DNA of 63,827 nucleotides, filler included, from Diploschistes diacapsis (GCA_023645945.1; 6 parts of 6 records of this genome joined end to end with filler, not necessarily neighbours in it); one strand, 5' to 3'; positions 1 to 12,084 are shown, numbered from the whole stretch's first letter. Notes: generated by a model not told the origin, from the letters alone. Translations and numbers: made by a program.

Positions 1-173
1 GTGAAGGAGGAGGTCGCGGTGGAGGTTGAGGTTGAGGTTGAAGGCGAAGGGCTGGGGACGGGTGGTTCAAGAAGGTCGGTTAGGGTTATGCTGTGGATGG
101 AGGGATGTGAGAGGAGGGCGGAGGCGAGGGAGCGCCCGAGAAAGCCGGAGGCGCCGGTTATGAGGACGGACAT
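1..173 (-). CDS. NAD(P)-dependent epimerase/dehydratase (extended SDR) family protein, N-terminal part only (runs off window start)
   Basis: Manual minus-strand translation from ATG at 173: MSVLITGASGFLGRSLASALLSHPSIHSITLTDLLEPP... It has the TGxxGxxG Rossmann motif and an Asp at the end of beta-2. The plus-strand ORF 1..192 is its antisense shadow. Confidence 0.8.
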   Translation of the reverse strand, partial: MSVLITGASGFLGRSLASALLSHPSIHSITLTDLLEPPVPSPSPSTSTSTSTATSSF

Positions 174-705
174 CTTGGAGGGGGGAGGGTAGAGCGGGCG
201 TAGTTGCTCTTCTCGAATGGAGGTGGGAGGATAGGAGAAGCTTGGCAAGAAGTAAGGGGACGAGGAATGGCAGATGTTGCGTGTCTTGCCTCTTTGAGCT
301 GATACCTGAACGCTAGTTGCTGTGAAGTTGGCTTGCGGTTGATGAGTCTCTTTCTTTGTCCTCAAGCTCCTCATAAAGTCTGACTGTCAACTAGTAATTG
401 CCCATCGCAACGCTCATGCAGCCAACGGCCCCGCTTGTATCAACCCCCTTTCGTAAGTCACTTCCACCTTCCCTTATCGGCCGAGGCAATTTGTGGGGTA
501 AATCTTTGCCTGCAGTCTATTTTTCTGAGGCCGAGGTTCAACATGGAAGTTACTAAAGTTATGTCGCTTAGTTAGAACAGAATGTAAGCTTACCACTGGT
601 ACCTCACGAACTTTCTGAATCCATTGAATAAATAATTTCTCGAATAAGGTCTGCTTTTGCCGTTCCTATACCTTTGCTTGTTCGCTAGCTGGCGGTTTGC
701 TCATT

Positions 706-2259
706 ATGGCTGCTTCTGACACCATTCCTCCGGAAGTAATTTCGAAGCACAACAAAAGCGAAGACTGCTGGGTAATAGTCCACAACAAGGTTTACGATGT
801 GACCTCTTTCCTAGAAAAGCACCCCGGAGGGCCCCACATAATCCTACAATATGCCGGCTTAGACGCCACAACAGCATATGATGAGGTCCACGCGCCCGGC
901 ATCATCGAGGAGTCTCTCCCCAAAGAAGCCTACAAGGGATCCATTTCCGACAGCGATCTCGAGCGCCTGCCAAAACTCGATAAGCCCACCGCCTCGCCAG
1001 ACCAATCTTCAGCGCCAGAGCCAGAATCATCAGCACCCAAGTCCTACGAGAAGCCACTGCTGGACTCTCTGATCAACGTATACGACTTCGAAGCCGTCGC
1101 CGAGAAGCTTTTCTCCCCCAAAGCATGGGCCTTCTATTCCGGTGCGGCTACGGATCTATACACCCATCGCCTGAACTCGAGTCTCTACTCTCGGATATGG
1201 CTCCGTCCGCGGATTCTTCGCAACGTGAAAACCGTAAGCACTCAAAGTTCGATTCTTGGCTTTCCGACATCTCTTCCTCTCTTTGTAGCGCCGGCTGCTA
1301 TGGCTCGTCTAGCGCACCCAGACGGCGAACTGGCCATGGCGCGAGCCTGCAGGGACGAGGATATTGTGCAGGTGATCTCGACCAATGCTTCGTTTCCGCT
1401 GGCGCAGATTGTCAGGTCTTCGATCCCAGAAGGCAGCCAAGAGTCTCCGGCCCAAATATTTTTTCTCCAGCTCTATGTTAATGTATCTCGGCAACAGACT
1501 GTCAACCTTCTGAAACATACTCAGGAGCTAGGCGTTAAGGCTATCTTCGTGACAGTCGACGCTCCCATAGCTGGCAAGCGAGAATCGGACGAGCGTATCG
1601 CGTTCGACACATCTCTAAGCTCCGGTATTAGTGGCGCTGGAAGCAAGAATGCAACGGATACCAAGGGCGGAGGAATAGGCCGATTGATGGGTTCCTATGT
1701 CGACTGTACACTGACTTGGGACGATATACCATGGATACACTCAGCTTCCGGTGAACTGCCGCTCGTGATCAAAGGTATTCAAACGGCAGCAGACGCCAAG
1801 AAGGCAATACAGCACACGCGACACGGTGTGCGAGGCATAATGCTCAGCAACCATGGCGGGCGAAGTCTAGACACTAGCCAGCCGGCCATTATCACGCTTC
1901 TGGAGATGTGGAAGGTCTGTCCAGAGATCTTCGAGGCTTTGGAAGTATATATAGATGGGGGCATCCATCGTGGGACGGACGTTGTCAAAGCGCTGGCGCT
2001 TGGAGCAACGGCCGTTGGTGTTGGGCGGTCATTTCTTTACTCGCTGGCATACGGACAGGAGGGTATGCACCGTATGATTAAGATATATAGAGACGAGGTG
2101 GAGGTCACCCTTCGCATGCTTGGCATTACCGATATCAATGATCTGCATCCTGGCCTACTGAACACAAGGGATATTGATCGTCTAGTTCCAGATGAGGACG
2201 GGCAGAGACACCCGTATGCTGGACGGGGGCGGAACGTGATACGTAGCGCGAAGCTGTGA
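706..2259 (+). CDS. Flavocytochrome b2-like FMN-dependent alpha-hydroxy acid dehydrogenase (cytochrome b5 domain + FMN domain), probable peroxisomal form
   Basis: N-terminal cytochrome b5 domain (HNKSEDCWVIVHNKVYDVT, HPGG). FMN_dh motifs LRPRIL, QLY, TVDAP..GKRE, KGIQ, SNHGGR, DGGIHRGTD. No mitochondrial presequence; C-terminus AKL. First ATG at 706; intronless. Confidence 0.93.
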   Translation: MAASDTIPPEVISKHNKSEDCWVIVHNKVYDVTSFLEKHPGGPHIILQYAGLDATTAYDEVHAPGIIEESLPKEAYKGSISDSDLERLPKLDKPTASPDQSSAPEPESSAPKSYEKPLLDSLINVYDFEAVAEKLFSPKAWAFYSGAATDLYTHRLNSSLYSRIWLRPRILRNVKTVSTQSSILGFPTSLPLFVAPAAMARLAHPDGELAMARACRDEDIVQVISTNASFPLAQIVRSSIPEGSQESPAQIFFLQLYVNVSRQQTVNLLKHTQELGVKAIFVTVDAPIAGKRESDERIAFDTSLSSGISGAGSKNATDTKGGGIGRLMGSYVDCTLTWDDIPWIHSASGELPLVIKGIQTAADAKKAIQHTRHGVRGIMLSNHGGRSLDTSQPAIITLLEMWKVCPEIFEALEVYIDGGIHRGTDVVKALALGATAVGVGRSFLYSLAYGQEGMHRMIKIYRDEVEVTLRMLGITDINDLHPGLLNTRDIDRLVPDEDGQRHPYAGRGRNVIRSAKL

Positions 2260-4306
2260 GGTCGAGACCTAGGTGCACTTGCTTATATGACGTATACAAT
2301 GTATGCGATGAGGAAGAGGAGATTAGGATGCTAGTCGGCTCAGGATAATGGTCCGTAGTCCGTCAATCTGTAGCTTATTTCACGCAGCGAGGGTCGAGGT
2401 TAGTGGACCGGAAGCGCTCGCTGGCCTACTGACGCGGCCACGCTTCTGAAGTTAAAGTGCGCCGAGGTCCCCGAAGAGCTGCCTATGTATTCCGTAGCCT
2501 TGGACATCTTCTAGGCTTTGCTGGATGCGCATCCTTAAAGGCCACCAGTATATCTTGGAATGTGAGCATTTTGAAAGACCCCCGATAGCTGCTGATGTGG
2601 TCGATGCGCTTGAATAGCATGCCTGCCCCTAGCTCTTTCTCAATAAGGTAAAAGCATAATCATCATTGCTGTGCACTGCAAACATAGACATCTCGTGAGT
2701 TCTTACCTACACTCCTCGAAAGAAGTACTGGTCCATAAGTGTGTCAACAAAGCGCAGCAGATAGCTTTCTATACCTATACCCATGACGACACTGTTCTGG
2801 TGCAAATGATCTCCAACGGCCCGTTGAGGCTTGGAGTCCGACTCCAGCGATGCTCTGTGGCTGTTCAACCATAACGACATGCACGGCTCTGGTGCCCTGG
2901 AGCTGTCCAGAGATACCGATCGAGAAATTGAACTTCCGCCAATCTTGATACTCTAATATATCCGAAAAACTAGCACTAAGCGCGGTGCTGAGATCCGTGG
3001 AGACTGTAAGCAAATTTTTGTGTATACTTACATATTTCAGAGATGCGAGGAGTATTCCCGCATCGCGGCGACGGTTGATGCAACCCTAATAATGAATGGA
3101 ATCAGCTGGCCAACTTTTCTGGTACTGTAAACCCCAGTGATGTTGCTTTGACTGATCGTCAATTCAATTCATGTGTTGAAATAGGCAGTAGTAGCAAGCG
3201 TGAGTACGTGAAGAGCTCCCAAATGACGACTAGGCAGGACCTGGACCTGTGTTTCGGTGGCTGACAGTACCTATCTTGGTATAGAGGATGAGGCATTTAC
3301 CTTATAATCTCAGAAACTTCGGTAATATATTCTGCTATGGCTCCTTCTACTGCATCGCTCAGAAAAGACAAGTACGCTTTACTTAGATCCAAACTGGATA
3401 GTGGCTGCCGTACCAGGGACAGCTCTCCGTTGGTTGGACATTGGCATGAAAGTTGAGAATGGTTAGAATTGGAAGATCTGCTGGAAGGGAACCGGGAACA
3501 CTGGGGAGAAAGATTTCCTGTAGACGCGATGTTTCTCTGTACCACACGTTTGACATCGGATGGTCTGAGAGAAAACCCAATGCAGATACAAGCCTGGACG
3601 AATTCCTAAACCGTACAGCTCGGAATTCCTCCAAATAAGCCGTAGGTTGGTGTTGTTGTTATGGAGCGTGCGTTGCCCTTAAACATACTGAGAGAGAGAA
3701 GAACTGTTCGTGCGCGGTTAATACTTAGCGCCAGCGCGAAGAGGAAGCATAAATACTTAGAACTTGGCATCTTTCTAAAACCGTATCTATTCCAGGCACC
3801 TTGTTTCTGTTTGTAGAAAGGTTACTCACAAGTAAAGGAAAAGACTGAATTTCCAGCTTTTCGAAACAAGAAGGCTGGGAAAAGCTTTCCTCTCTTGAAG
3901 CTCTCGTGTATTGGCCACTCAAAGATTCCCAGAAATGCAAGCCCAAATGCTCTGTTATCAGTCGGCTGAACAGAGAACTCTGCCAGGAAGTGGGTTTTCT
4001 GTGGAAGGATGCCAAGGCATGGTGCAAACACTCAATATTTCGCAGTAGGTTGTTCAGATTCATCGATATCGCATGCGGTGAGATCAAATATGATCTTCGA
4101 GCTCATTATCCGGCTCTAACGCTTCAAATGCTGATCCTAAGCCAGAAATAATGCAAACCAAGAAAACATCAACCATCGTAATGCCATCTCAAACCATGCC
4201 CCATCACCCATTTCGAGGCCGTCATTAGGAAGGACAAAGCCGAACCCAAACACCGCAAGTAAGCCAACCCACATAGTCCGAAGAACACCCTTGTACAGTG
4301 TACAGA

Positions 4307-7300
4307 TTACTTCATGTCTGATGGAGTCAAGCTTTGAACCACACTAGTTCCGTCCACGAATCTTGTTCTGAAGATACGGTTTGCATTCTGAAACATGCCA
4401 TCCTTGAGCGACACGACAATGAACTGGGCGCCATGGAAGCGTGTCTTGATAAGCCGTCCGATGTTCTGCGTATGGGAAAGATCCAGAGCAGCGTCGACTT
4501 CGTCCAGAATGTACATAGGCGCCGGCTTGAACTGCAGTAATGCTAGGATCAGAGAAATAGCAATGAGTGATCTGTGATGCAGGCAGTAAGCAATGTGAAA
4601 TTATAGATCAATAGAGTAGTGGACAGTTGGAGAAACAACATACCTTTGGCCACCACTCAACTCCGTCAAGCTCTGCTTCCATACCCTTCCCAAGGAAACT
4701 TTCACTTCGAGTCCGTCCGAGATCTGCTTACCTTCTGGTGGGTCAAGTTTGGCAAAGCTGCCTGGCAGCAAGTCTGCGAAGATCTGGCCGAAATCGCCGT
4801 TGACCTTCTCCCATGTCTTCCGCAGAGCCTCTTTCTTATACTCGTCGAGACTCGATATTGTCTCTTCGATCTTCCGCTTGTCGCGAATCACAGTCTTCAT
4901 CATCTGTTTCAGGGATGCTTCCTTCTTCTCGACACTGTCGATCATATTCATGACCTTGGGATTGATCTTCTTTTTCATTCCTTGGAAGCGTTCGGTTATG
5001 TTCTTCAGGCTCGACTTGCATTCAGCGATGTTGGAGTTGTTGAAGGCGTATGGAGTATTCGGCTTGCCGAAGCTATCTTGCTCGCCTGCTATCCATTCGT
5101 GCTCATTCTCCATAGAAGCAAGCGATTGCGTTGCTTGTTGCTGTTCCTTGTGGAACTTCTCGACCTGGTGGCCTAGCTTTTGTAATTCCAGCGACTCTTC
5201 CGTGATGCGCTTAATTTTAGCTTTGGAAGTATCCTCCAGAGACTTAAGTTCGTCATTAAAGCCGGAAAGCTTGGCTCGCTCATTTTCTAGTTGGGCTTGG
5301 GCCATATCATGTGCATCCTAGGCAAGTCAGTTCAAGCGAGTAGTATGCGTTGGTTTGCATTTACCTTGAGTGCAGCCTGCTCCTCCTGCAACGACCTCAT
5401 CTCTTCCTCCTGTGCTTTCAAAGCATTCTCGGCTTCCTCAAGCTGTTCCTGGGCAGCACCAAGATCACTACCTACCTGTTCCTGCTCTAGCCGAGCTTCT
5501 TGGAGACCTTTCTGCAGCCGCTTGACAGCTGTTGAATCCTTAGCCTGGCTCATCCGGAGCTTCTGTACGGAGGACTCTAGCTCCGCCAATTTGCTGTCTT
5601 TGTTGTTGTTGAAGTCATTCATATCCTTCTCTATCCTTTTGATGTCCTTTGTTGCTTCAGCATGCCTAGCTTTAGATTCGGTAATACCTTTCTTGAGTTG
5701 CTCTATGTTCGCCTTCATCTCCTCTACAGCATGAATAATCTTCAAACTTTAGTTATGGTTGCTTGAAAACTTAAGGGGGCTTACAGAAGACGAAGAATTT
5801 CCTTCGATCTGGTCGTCTGTCAGCTTGATTTCATGTTTCTTGAGATCAAGGTCCTGTTTAAGTTGTCGTGCCGAGTCTAGCTTTTTCTTCTCTTTAGCCA
5901 TTACGGACCGCAGCTCCGCCAGAGCATCTTCTTTCGTCTTGAGTTCTTTGTTGAGTGCATTCAGTTTCTGTAGGGTAACGAGGACACCGCTGGAGTTTGG
6001 CGAACTTCCTCCAGATAGCGTGCCAGAAGGATCGTAAACGTCTCCTTCGAGAGTGACGCTCTTTAATCTTACAGCAGGGTCAAACGTCACGCGCTTCGCG
6101 GTTTCCGCGTCTTCACAGACAAGGGTCGAACCAAATACATATTCCATGGCCTTTAAAACCTCGTCCTCGTAGCCAATGAGAGACAGCGCGAGATCCACTT
6201 TTCCAGGAGCCACTTTCTTTGCCGCTCCGACTTTCTCAGCCGAAGCACGGAAAGCAGAGATCTTAGTCAACGGGATGATAGTGACACGTTTCTTCAGCTT
6301 GCCGTTCTGCAGAAGCTGGGTGCCTGTCTCTGCTGAGTCTACAACCACATTGTACAACCGACCTCCGGCACAGATCTCTAATGCCGTTCCAGCTTGAGCT
6401 TTGTCTTTGTCAAGAGTGAACAGCTGAGCAACGAGTCCTTTGACTTTAGAACGATCAAAGTGTGGCGAAGGATCGTTGTATGAGAAGTCAACGTTGGCTA
6501 CTCTGCGCTTAAGGGCGTCGACTTCCTGTCCAAGAGTGTAGATTTCCTTGTCCAGCTGCGCTTCTTGCCGGTTCATCTCTTCCTCCCTTCCTGGCTCAAA
6601 GCCTAGCTTGTTCAGCTCTGCTTCAAGTTTCTTGGCTTGTGTTCTCTGGCCTTCAAGATCTTTGAGCAGGCCAGAATTCTGCTCTTTTGCCTTCTTCGCC
6701 CGGGGCTCATCTTCCTTGATCCGCTTCTCGAAGTGCGAGATCTTCAACTTCGCCTGCTCCTGCTCTGTTGTCGCTGCACTTGCCCGATTCCGCGCATCTT
6801 GCAACTGACCTTGATAGCCGCTCTCTTGACCTTCTTTTGACGCAACACCGGTTTGAAGGGTTTGAAGTAATTCTTCTTTCTGCTCAACCTCCTTGACCTG
6901 CTTGTCGTAGTCCGCCTTTGCAATGTCATATTCGCTTTGTCGTTTCTCGTAATCCTTTGATTTGCTTTGCAATAATGCTTCAAATTCTTTAACGGAAGCC
7001 GCCGCCTTGTGACTCCTTTCTTGCTCTTCTATATGACTTGACTTCTTGAGATCCATCGAAGTGGACAGTCGCACCATCTCATGAGAATGCTCTTTGACTT
7101 GGTTCTCCAATGCCTGGAACCTTCCGCCTTTACGCAGCTCTTTATCCCGCAGCGCCTTCACCTTGTAGCCATCTTCCTCGAGATTAGCGATCTCACTCTT
7201 CAATCTCTTTGCCCCCTCTTCGATGTCCCGCATCCTATTTTTCTTCGCCTCCAAGTCACTCTCCGACTGTCTAACCTTCTCGCGACACCGTACATAATCG

Positions 7301-8010
7301 TAAGCAACCACCAGCCTCGTCAGCCTCTCTAGATCGTTCTGTGTCTGTTGAAAATCCAAAAAAGCCCTCTTCTCTCCTCTCAGCTTTTCAAGCTTGGGCT
7401 CAATCTCATCCTTGAGCAGCTCAGTAATCTCCTGCACCTTTAATTCCTTCTTAGACATGGTCTTGAACGCCTTGTCCCTACGATCCTCAAACATACGGGT
7501 CCCAGCCGCCTCCTCAATCAGAGCTAGTATCTCCACAGGCTTCATGTTCAGCACCTTCGTGATGCGCCCCTGCATGATCAAAAAATTCGGATTATTGATA
7601 TTCAACTGCACGCTCTGGAACAGATTCTGCACCGTATGCTGCTGCGCGCGGTGGCCATTGATCAAATACTTCGACGTCCCGCCCAGCACGATCTGGCGCG
7701 TGACGGAGATCTGCGCGTACTCCTCGAAGCCGATGGGGCTCTTGCTCTTGTCGCGGTTGTCGAAGACTATCGTCACCGACGCCTTCGTGACGCCCGCCTG
7801 CCCGCGCTTGTAGATGAGATCCTGCAGGTTCTGCGCGCGCACGGTGGACATGTTCGTGATGCCGAGCACGAAGCATATCGAGTCGAGGATGTTGGACTTG
7901 CCGGAGCCGTTGAGGCCGGTGATGGAGTTGAAGGAGCTGTCCCAGCCGCTGATAACGGTGCGTACGGCGTAGGACTTGAAGCCGTCGATGACTACCTCGA
8001 CCACCCGCAT
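4307..8010 (-). CDS. SMC2: Condensin subunit SMC2 (Cut14)
   Basis: Walker A GLNGSGKS, hinge region, signature LSGGQRS, Walker [12 protein letters not shown]. Introns 5784-5740, 5364-5318 and 4643-4572 join the ORF pieces in frame. Confidence 0.97.
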
Positions 8011-8584
8011 TTTGGCAGCGAGGGCGATGCGCTGCTGTTGGTGTTAGTTGTAGGATTATTGGAGACGCCTTGAACCGGAAGACGCGGATCGCATATTTGT
8101 TGACTTTGCAAGCGATGGCCGGTGTTAAGGGTTGTGCCCGAAGCCCGTTACCTGCTGCACTTCTCAGTCTCAACTAGCCTCGGTCCAAGATTTGTTGAAG
8201 AAGCTCAGCAAGTTGCTGAATATGGTAAACCGTCTTACAGTATTGGAGAAGTGTGCTGTAACTTATCGTTTCCGTTTTATTCCACTTGAAATTGTGCGTA
8301 TGCCATTTGAGCGATAGCTTGAGTCTCAATGGAATAGACTTCATTCAGTTCGATAGTACAGTTTGACATTTCGAAGTTAACCGCTTGAAAACGAGGGGTA
8401 GGCCCATTTCTATATGTTGTGGTTCATAGTCAGCATGTCTCCCATTTCACTTCTATCTTCGAGAGTATGGTCGCTGCAACTGTACCTATGTAAAGCACTC
8501 TGCCTCTATATTATCTATCCTGTATAGCTGTCTGCCGATCGCCCCTTTCCTCAGCAGCACTACCAAGTTAGCACCGAAGCCGCC

Positions 8585-9391
8585 ATGGCAAAGCGGCTTC
8601 TCAACAAAGTCGCCATCGTAACAGGCTCCTCCTCTGGACTCGGCCGCGCAATAGCCCAAACCTACTCCCAAGAAGGTGCCCTTATTGCCTGCGCCGACCT
8701 CCGCCCCTCCGCGCGATCCCAAGTAGCCACAGAGACGGAAACCAACACGGATGATTTGATCAGGAAAGAAGGTGGCTGCGCCATCTTCATTCCCACAGAC
8801 GTAACCAGCTCCTCACAAATGCAATCCCTCGTCTCCAAGACAGCCCAAGCCTTCGGCCGCTTAGACATCATGGTCAACAACGCCGGCATCTCCCTCGAAT
8901 CATACAACCCGGCCCCCATCCACCAAACCGCCGATGATGTCTGGCACAGAACCTTCGCCGTCAACACCACCTCCGTCTTCCATGGCTGCAAACACGCAGC
9001 CGCCCAGATGCTCGCCCAGCCCGCCCACGCCTCCGGTGACAGGGGCTGGATCGTCAACATTTCCTCTATCCTCGGCCACGTCGGCCTAACCCGTGCTCCA
9101 GCCTACGTAGCATCCAAAGGCGCCGTCACCCAGCTGACGAAGCAGGTCGCGCTCGACTATGCAGAGCATAGGATACGCTGTAATGCCATTTGTCCGGGTT
9201 TCATCAAGACGGCGATATTCGCGGAGACGACGAAGCACGTGGATTCGGCGTTGCTGGACGAGAAGCACCCTCTCGGCGGCGCGGGGACGCCGGAGGATGT
9301 TGCGCGCATGGCGGTGGTGCTGGCGAGTGATGATGCGCGGTGGATGACGGGGGCGAATGTGCTTGTTGATGGGGGATACACGGCGCAGTGA
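8585..9391 (+). CDS. Classical short-chain dehydrogenase/reductase (FabG/glucose-1-dehydrogenase-like)
   Basis: TGSSSGLG, NNAG, catalytic Ser (NISS), YVASK, NAICPG and C-terminal VDGGY motifs. Confidence 0.93.
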   Translation: MAKRLLNKVAIVTGSSSGLGRAIAQTYSQEGALIACADLRPSARSQVATETETNTDDLIRKEGGCAIFIPTDVTSSSQMQSLVSKTAQAFGRLDIMVNNAGISLESYNPAPIHQTADDVWHRTFAVNTTSVFHGCKHAAAQMLAQPAHASGDRGWIVNISSILGHVGLTRAPAYVASKGAVTQLTKQVALDYAEHRIRCNAICPGFIKTAIFAETTKHVDSALLDEKHPLGGAGTPEDVARMAVVLASDDARWMTGANVLVDGGYTAQ

Positions 9392-10584
9392 ATGTGTCGG
9401 GTTTAGTGAACGGCGCTAGTATGAGAGGCGAGGTGGATGAGAGTGCGCAGTACCTGGCCCTCGACCGCGGACTTGCGCTTGATGACGAGAAAGACTGGCG
9501 GGTTTAGGTGGGCGTGGAAGGCCAAAAGCCCTTCTGAAGAGAGAAAGGGGTTGTTCGCCCGCGGATGCGGGCATGGAGCGCTTTGATGGTGCATTATCAT
9601 CACGGTCGCAGAATCCGTTGACATCCAGAAGGTAGGGATGTATAGCCATCGCTTTACGATTTGTGGCGCGACCAGTCCCAATAGTACCAGAAAACTCGTA
9701 GAGATACCGGGGATTATCCTTATACTCAACATCATAACTTTGTGGCAGCTCCCAGGCTGCATAACCTACTATTTATAACAAATGAGATCTAGAATTTCCT
9801 ACAGACATCTCGAATCTGGCCACTTCTTTAGTAACCATCACGGCTGATATCCTTCGTCCATCCCCAGAAGGCGCCAAAGCGATCTACAATACGAATTCTC
9901 TGCCTGCGCTGTCAAAAACCCACCACGTTAACCTCGCCCGAGAGGTAAAAGAGCAAGGCTTTTTAAAGTTCGAATTCAGGTCAACGTAAGTCCTAACATC
10001 GATAATTGACGATTGGTTATGGATAGCGCTTTCCAAACAAGCACTAGTTTCACGAGGCTTATTAGGAAACTGCTATTTATACCATCGATTACCGACATTG
10101 GGACTTACGATAAACTGAAATCGATCTAAAAAAGATGTTTATGGGATATTGAAGTAATCAGCTTCGAAGATCTTTAGGAACATCTGGAGCTGCTGGTGCC
10201 TGCTGAACGCTCGAGCGCCAGAAGATTTGCATTATTGACTTATTCTTTTCGCCCACAAGAGATGCGAGTCATGGTATAGCTTGGTATCTTATTATGGCCA
10301 GTTGTTCAAAATCTCTCGTTTGAAATAACGTTTAACTAGGATACTGAATGTATTATCAAAATCCGCGGTTTTAAAGATGCATGTTATACTAGTAGATAAT
10401 GCAGCCTGCAGCTCTATAAAAAATTATTTCCAGCTTCCATGAAGACCAGCTAACGTACCACCACTCAGATCTCCTTACACCACCGTCCCAACAGCCCGCC
10501 CAACCCATCCACCCATCCCGCCGAATCCCTAATCTCCTCCAAACTAACATCAACCCTAACCAGCCACCCGCCCCTACCCATATC

Positions 10585-10684
10585 NNNNNNNNNNNNNNNN
10601 NNNNNNNNNNNNNNNNNNNNNNNNNNNNTTAATTAATTAANNNNNNNNNNNNNNNNNNNNNNNNNNNNNNNNNNNNNNNNNNNN
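10585..10684. other. Artificial contig spacer
   Basis: 44 N + TTAATTAATTAA (stops in all six frames) + 44 N = 100 nt. Confidence 0.99.
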
Positions 10685-10750
10685 TAGTTTTGTTATTGTA
10701 TCATGTGCTCGGTAACTAGGGTCTGCTCGGGTACTAGGGTCACGACTCTA
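10685..10750 (+). mobile_element. Terminus of a Fot1/pogo-like DNA transposon (copy 1)
   Basis: Near-identical to the last 66 nt of copy 2 and to the reverse complement of 31247-31312. Ends ...GGTCACGACTC-TA and contains two tandem ~18-nt repeats (TGCTCGG..ACTAGGGTC). Confidence 0.8.
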
Positions 10751-11360
10751 ATATTAAATGGGTCAGCCAGTTCTTAGCATTAGTAGATCCTTCTTTGACT
10801 CCTCATGGAATTTTAATCAGTGACAAGAGAACTTTACAAATATCACAAATATCAACAAGCTTCTCGCCGGGAACACCGAATGGCAGAGGTTCATCCTCTA
10901 CGACATCCTCCCCCAATTTGATTATATTTCAACCAACAACTGGAGCTTCGGCAACTTTTTCTTCCACTCTACACACTTCGTCCCGGACGCTAATGCTAAG
11001 ATCCAAATGCTTTTCCTCAGCTCCGACGTTATATGGACATCAATATGACCACATCGACCTGGTAGCTATGTTGAAGACTATAGCCCGTGGAAACTGATGC
11101 CAAACCTCGAAGAGCCGTCGGTGCACTTCGAATTCATTAAGGCGCGAGATGGCATCGGCGACCAGTTTTCGGGGTTACATAGACAATAACCCAAGGGAAC
11201 CATTTATTGCCGTCTCGAGGCGCTCAAAGTCGTTGACGTCTGCAAGGCAATTATTGCCGGTCTGAACAGTTGGCGACTGGCAAAAGAGATTGAAGAGTGT
11301 ATGATGCAAGCACGTTCCAAGGAAAGCGAAGGATTTTACGAATCGAGCCATGTTAGATGC
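10751..11360 (+). pseudogene. F-box-like family paralog A, frameshifted and 5'-truncated by the transposon
   Basis: Fragments in different frames (INKLLAGNTEWQRFILYDILPQFDYISTNNWSFGNFFFHSTHFVPDANAKIQMLFL; MLKTIARG/LMPNLEE; LEALKVVDVCKAIIAGLNSWRLAKEIEECMMQ) align with 12085..12795. End coordinate approximate. Confidence 0.8.
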
Positions 11361-12084
11361 CTTGGACAAGAGTTCCAAGTGACTTTGTATGCTTGGGACA
11401 AGTCCCAGTGGCGTTATTTGCCTCTAAGAATCATCGCGATTTACACTTGGACGTTTAGGAATAACTTCTGTTTCTACGATTTCATCGGAAATAGCTCCTT
11501 ATTCGTTATCATCAATCGGGTTTCTCGATTACAAAGCTCTGGCTTCGGGTGGAAATGCTGCTTGTTGATACGAGTGGAGGCGACATGTTTTCGTATAGTC
11601 ACGGTATGCTCTCGTTGGCCGATGCTTACGCAAAGAGTAACGTTGTCTAGTTCTTTACTTTTGGCAGAGCTAGGTCTTTCTGTTGATCAGTATACCGAAA
11701 ACAAGCCACACTGTTTTGCTGATGCATGTTTCATGTCATGCTCACGGGGTAATATGCAAATATAGGTATCCAAAAAGTCATGAAGAGCAATTTAAGGCTC
11801 TCAATACTCGGATAGTCGCAATCTAAACAATCAGTGCTGGGTCCACTGACATTTCTACATCCAGATAATCGAATCTGGAGAACTGACGCCGGAACCATGG
11901 AGGCTTATTACACTAGGACAGTCGAAATCAGAAGAGTCGTCACCTATGTCAAGGATACCTCCTATGTATAAATTAATGATTTCTTAAGGCATCGCTTCTC
12001 CCTTGTCTAATATACTCGAACGGGTAACTTCAAGTCCAGCAACAGCAAACAGAACCTTCTTGTACTGAAGCCTACAGCATCATC

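Noticed and set aside
1..192. Plus-strand 63-aa ORF with EVEVEV repeats
   Set aside because: Antisense shadow of the minus-strand Rossmann-fold gene; the GGTTGA repeats encode an (ST)n linker on the real strand.
4619..8173. Long alternative-frame and antisense ORFs over SMC2 (similar ones over PGK, YND1, ATG22 and the MFS gene)
   Set aside because: Expected shadows of GC3-rich coding sequence; no motifs.
9389..9406. Readthrough extension of the SDR (TGA ATG TGT CGG GTT TAG, ending CRV)
   Set aside because: Stop context is not TGA-CTA and CRV is a poor PTS1.
10629..10640. TTAATTAATTAA palindrome recurring about every 10.6 kb
   Set aside because: Artificial linker inside N spacers, not a biological repeat or CRISPR-like array.
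10713..10740. CTAGGG units as telomeric repeats (also CAACCCTAAC at 10551 and CCTAACCCCTAA at 60361)
   Set aside because: No tandem (TTAGGG)n. The first units are internal repeats of a transposon terminus; the others are isolated matches in C-rich DNA.
11993..12000. ATCGCTTCTC resembling the U2 snRNA 5' end
   Set aside because: No downstream branch-point recognition sequence or Sm site. No convincing tRNA, rRNA, snRNA or TPP riboswitch core was found by eye anywhere in the window.
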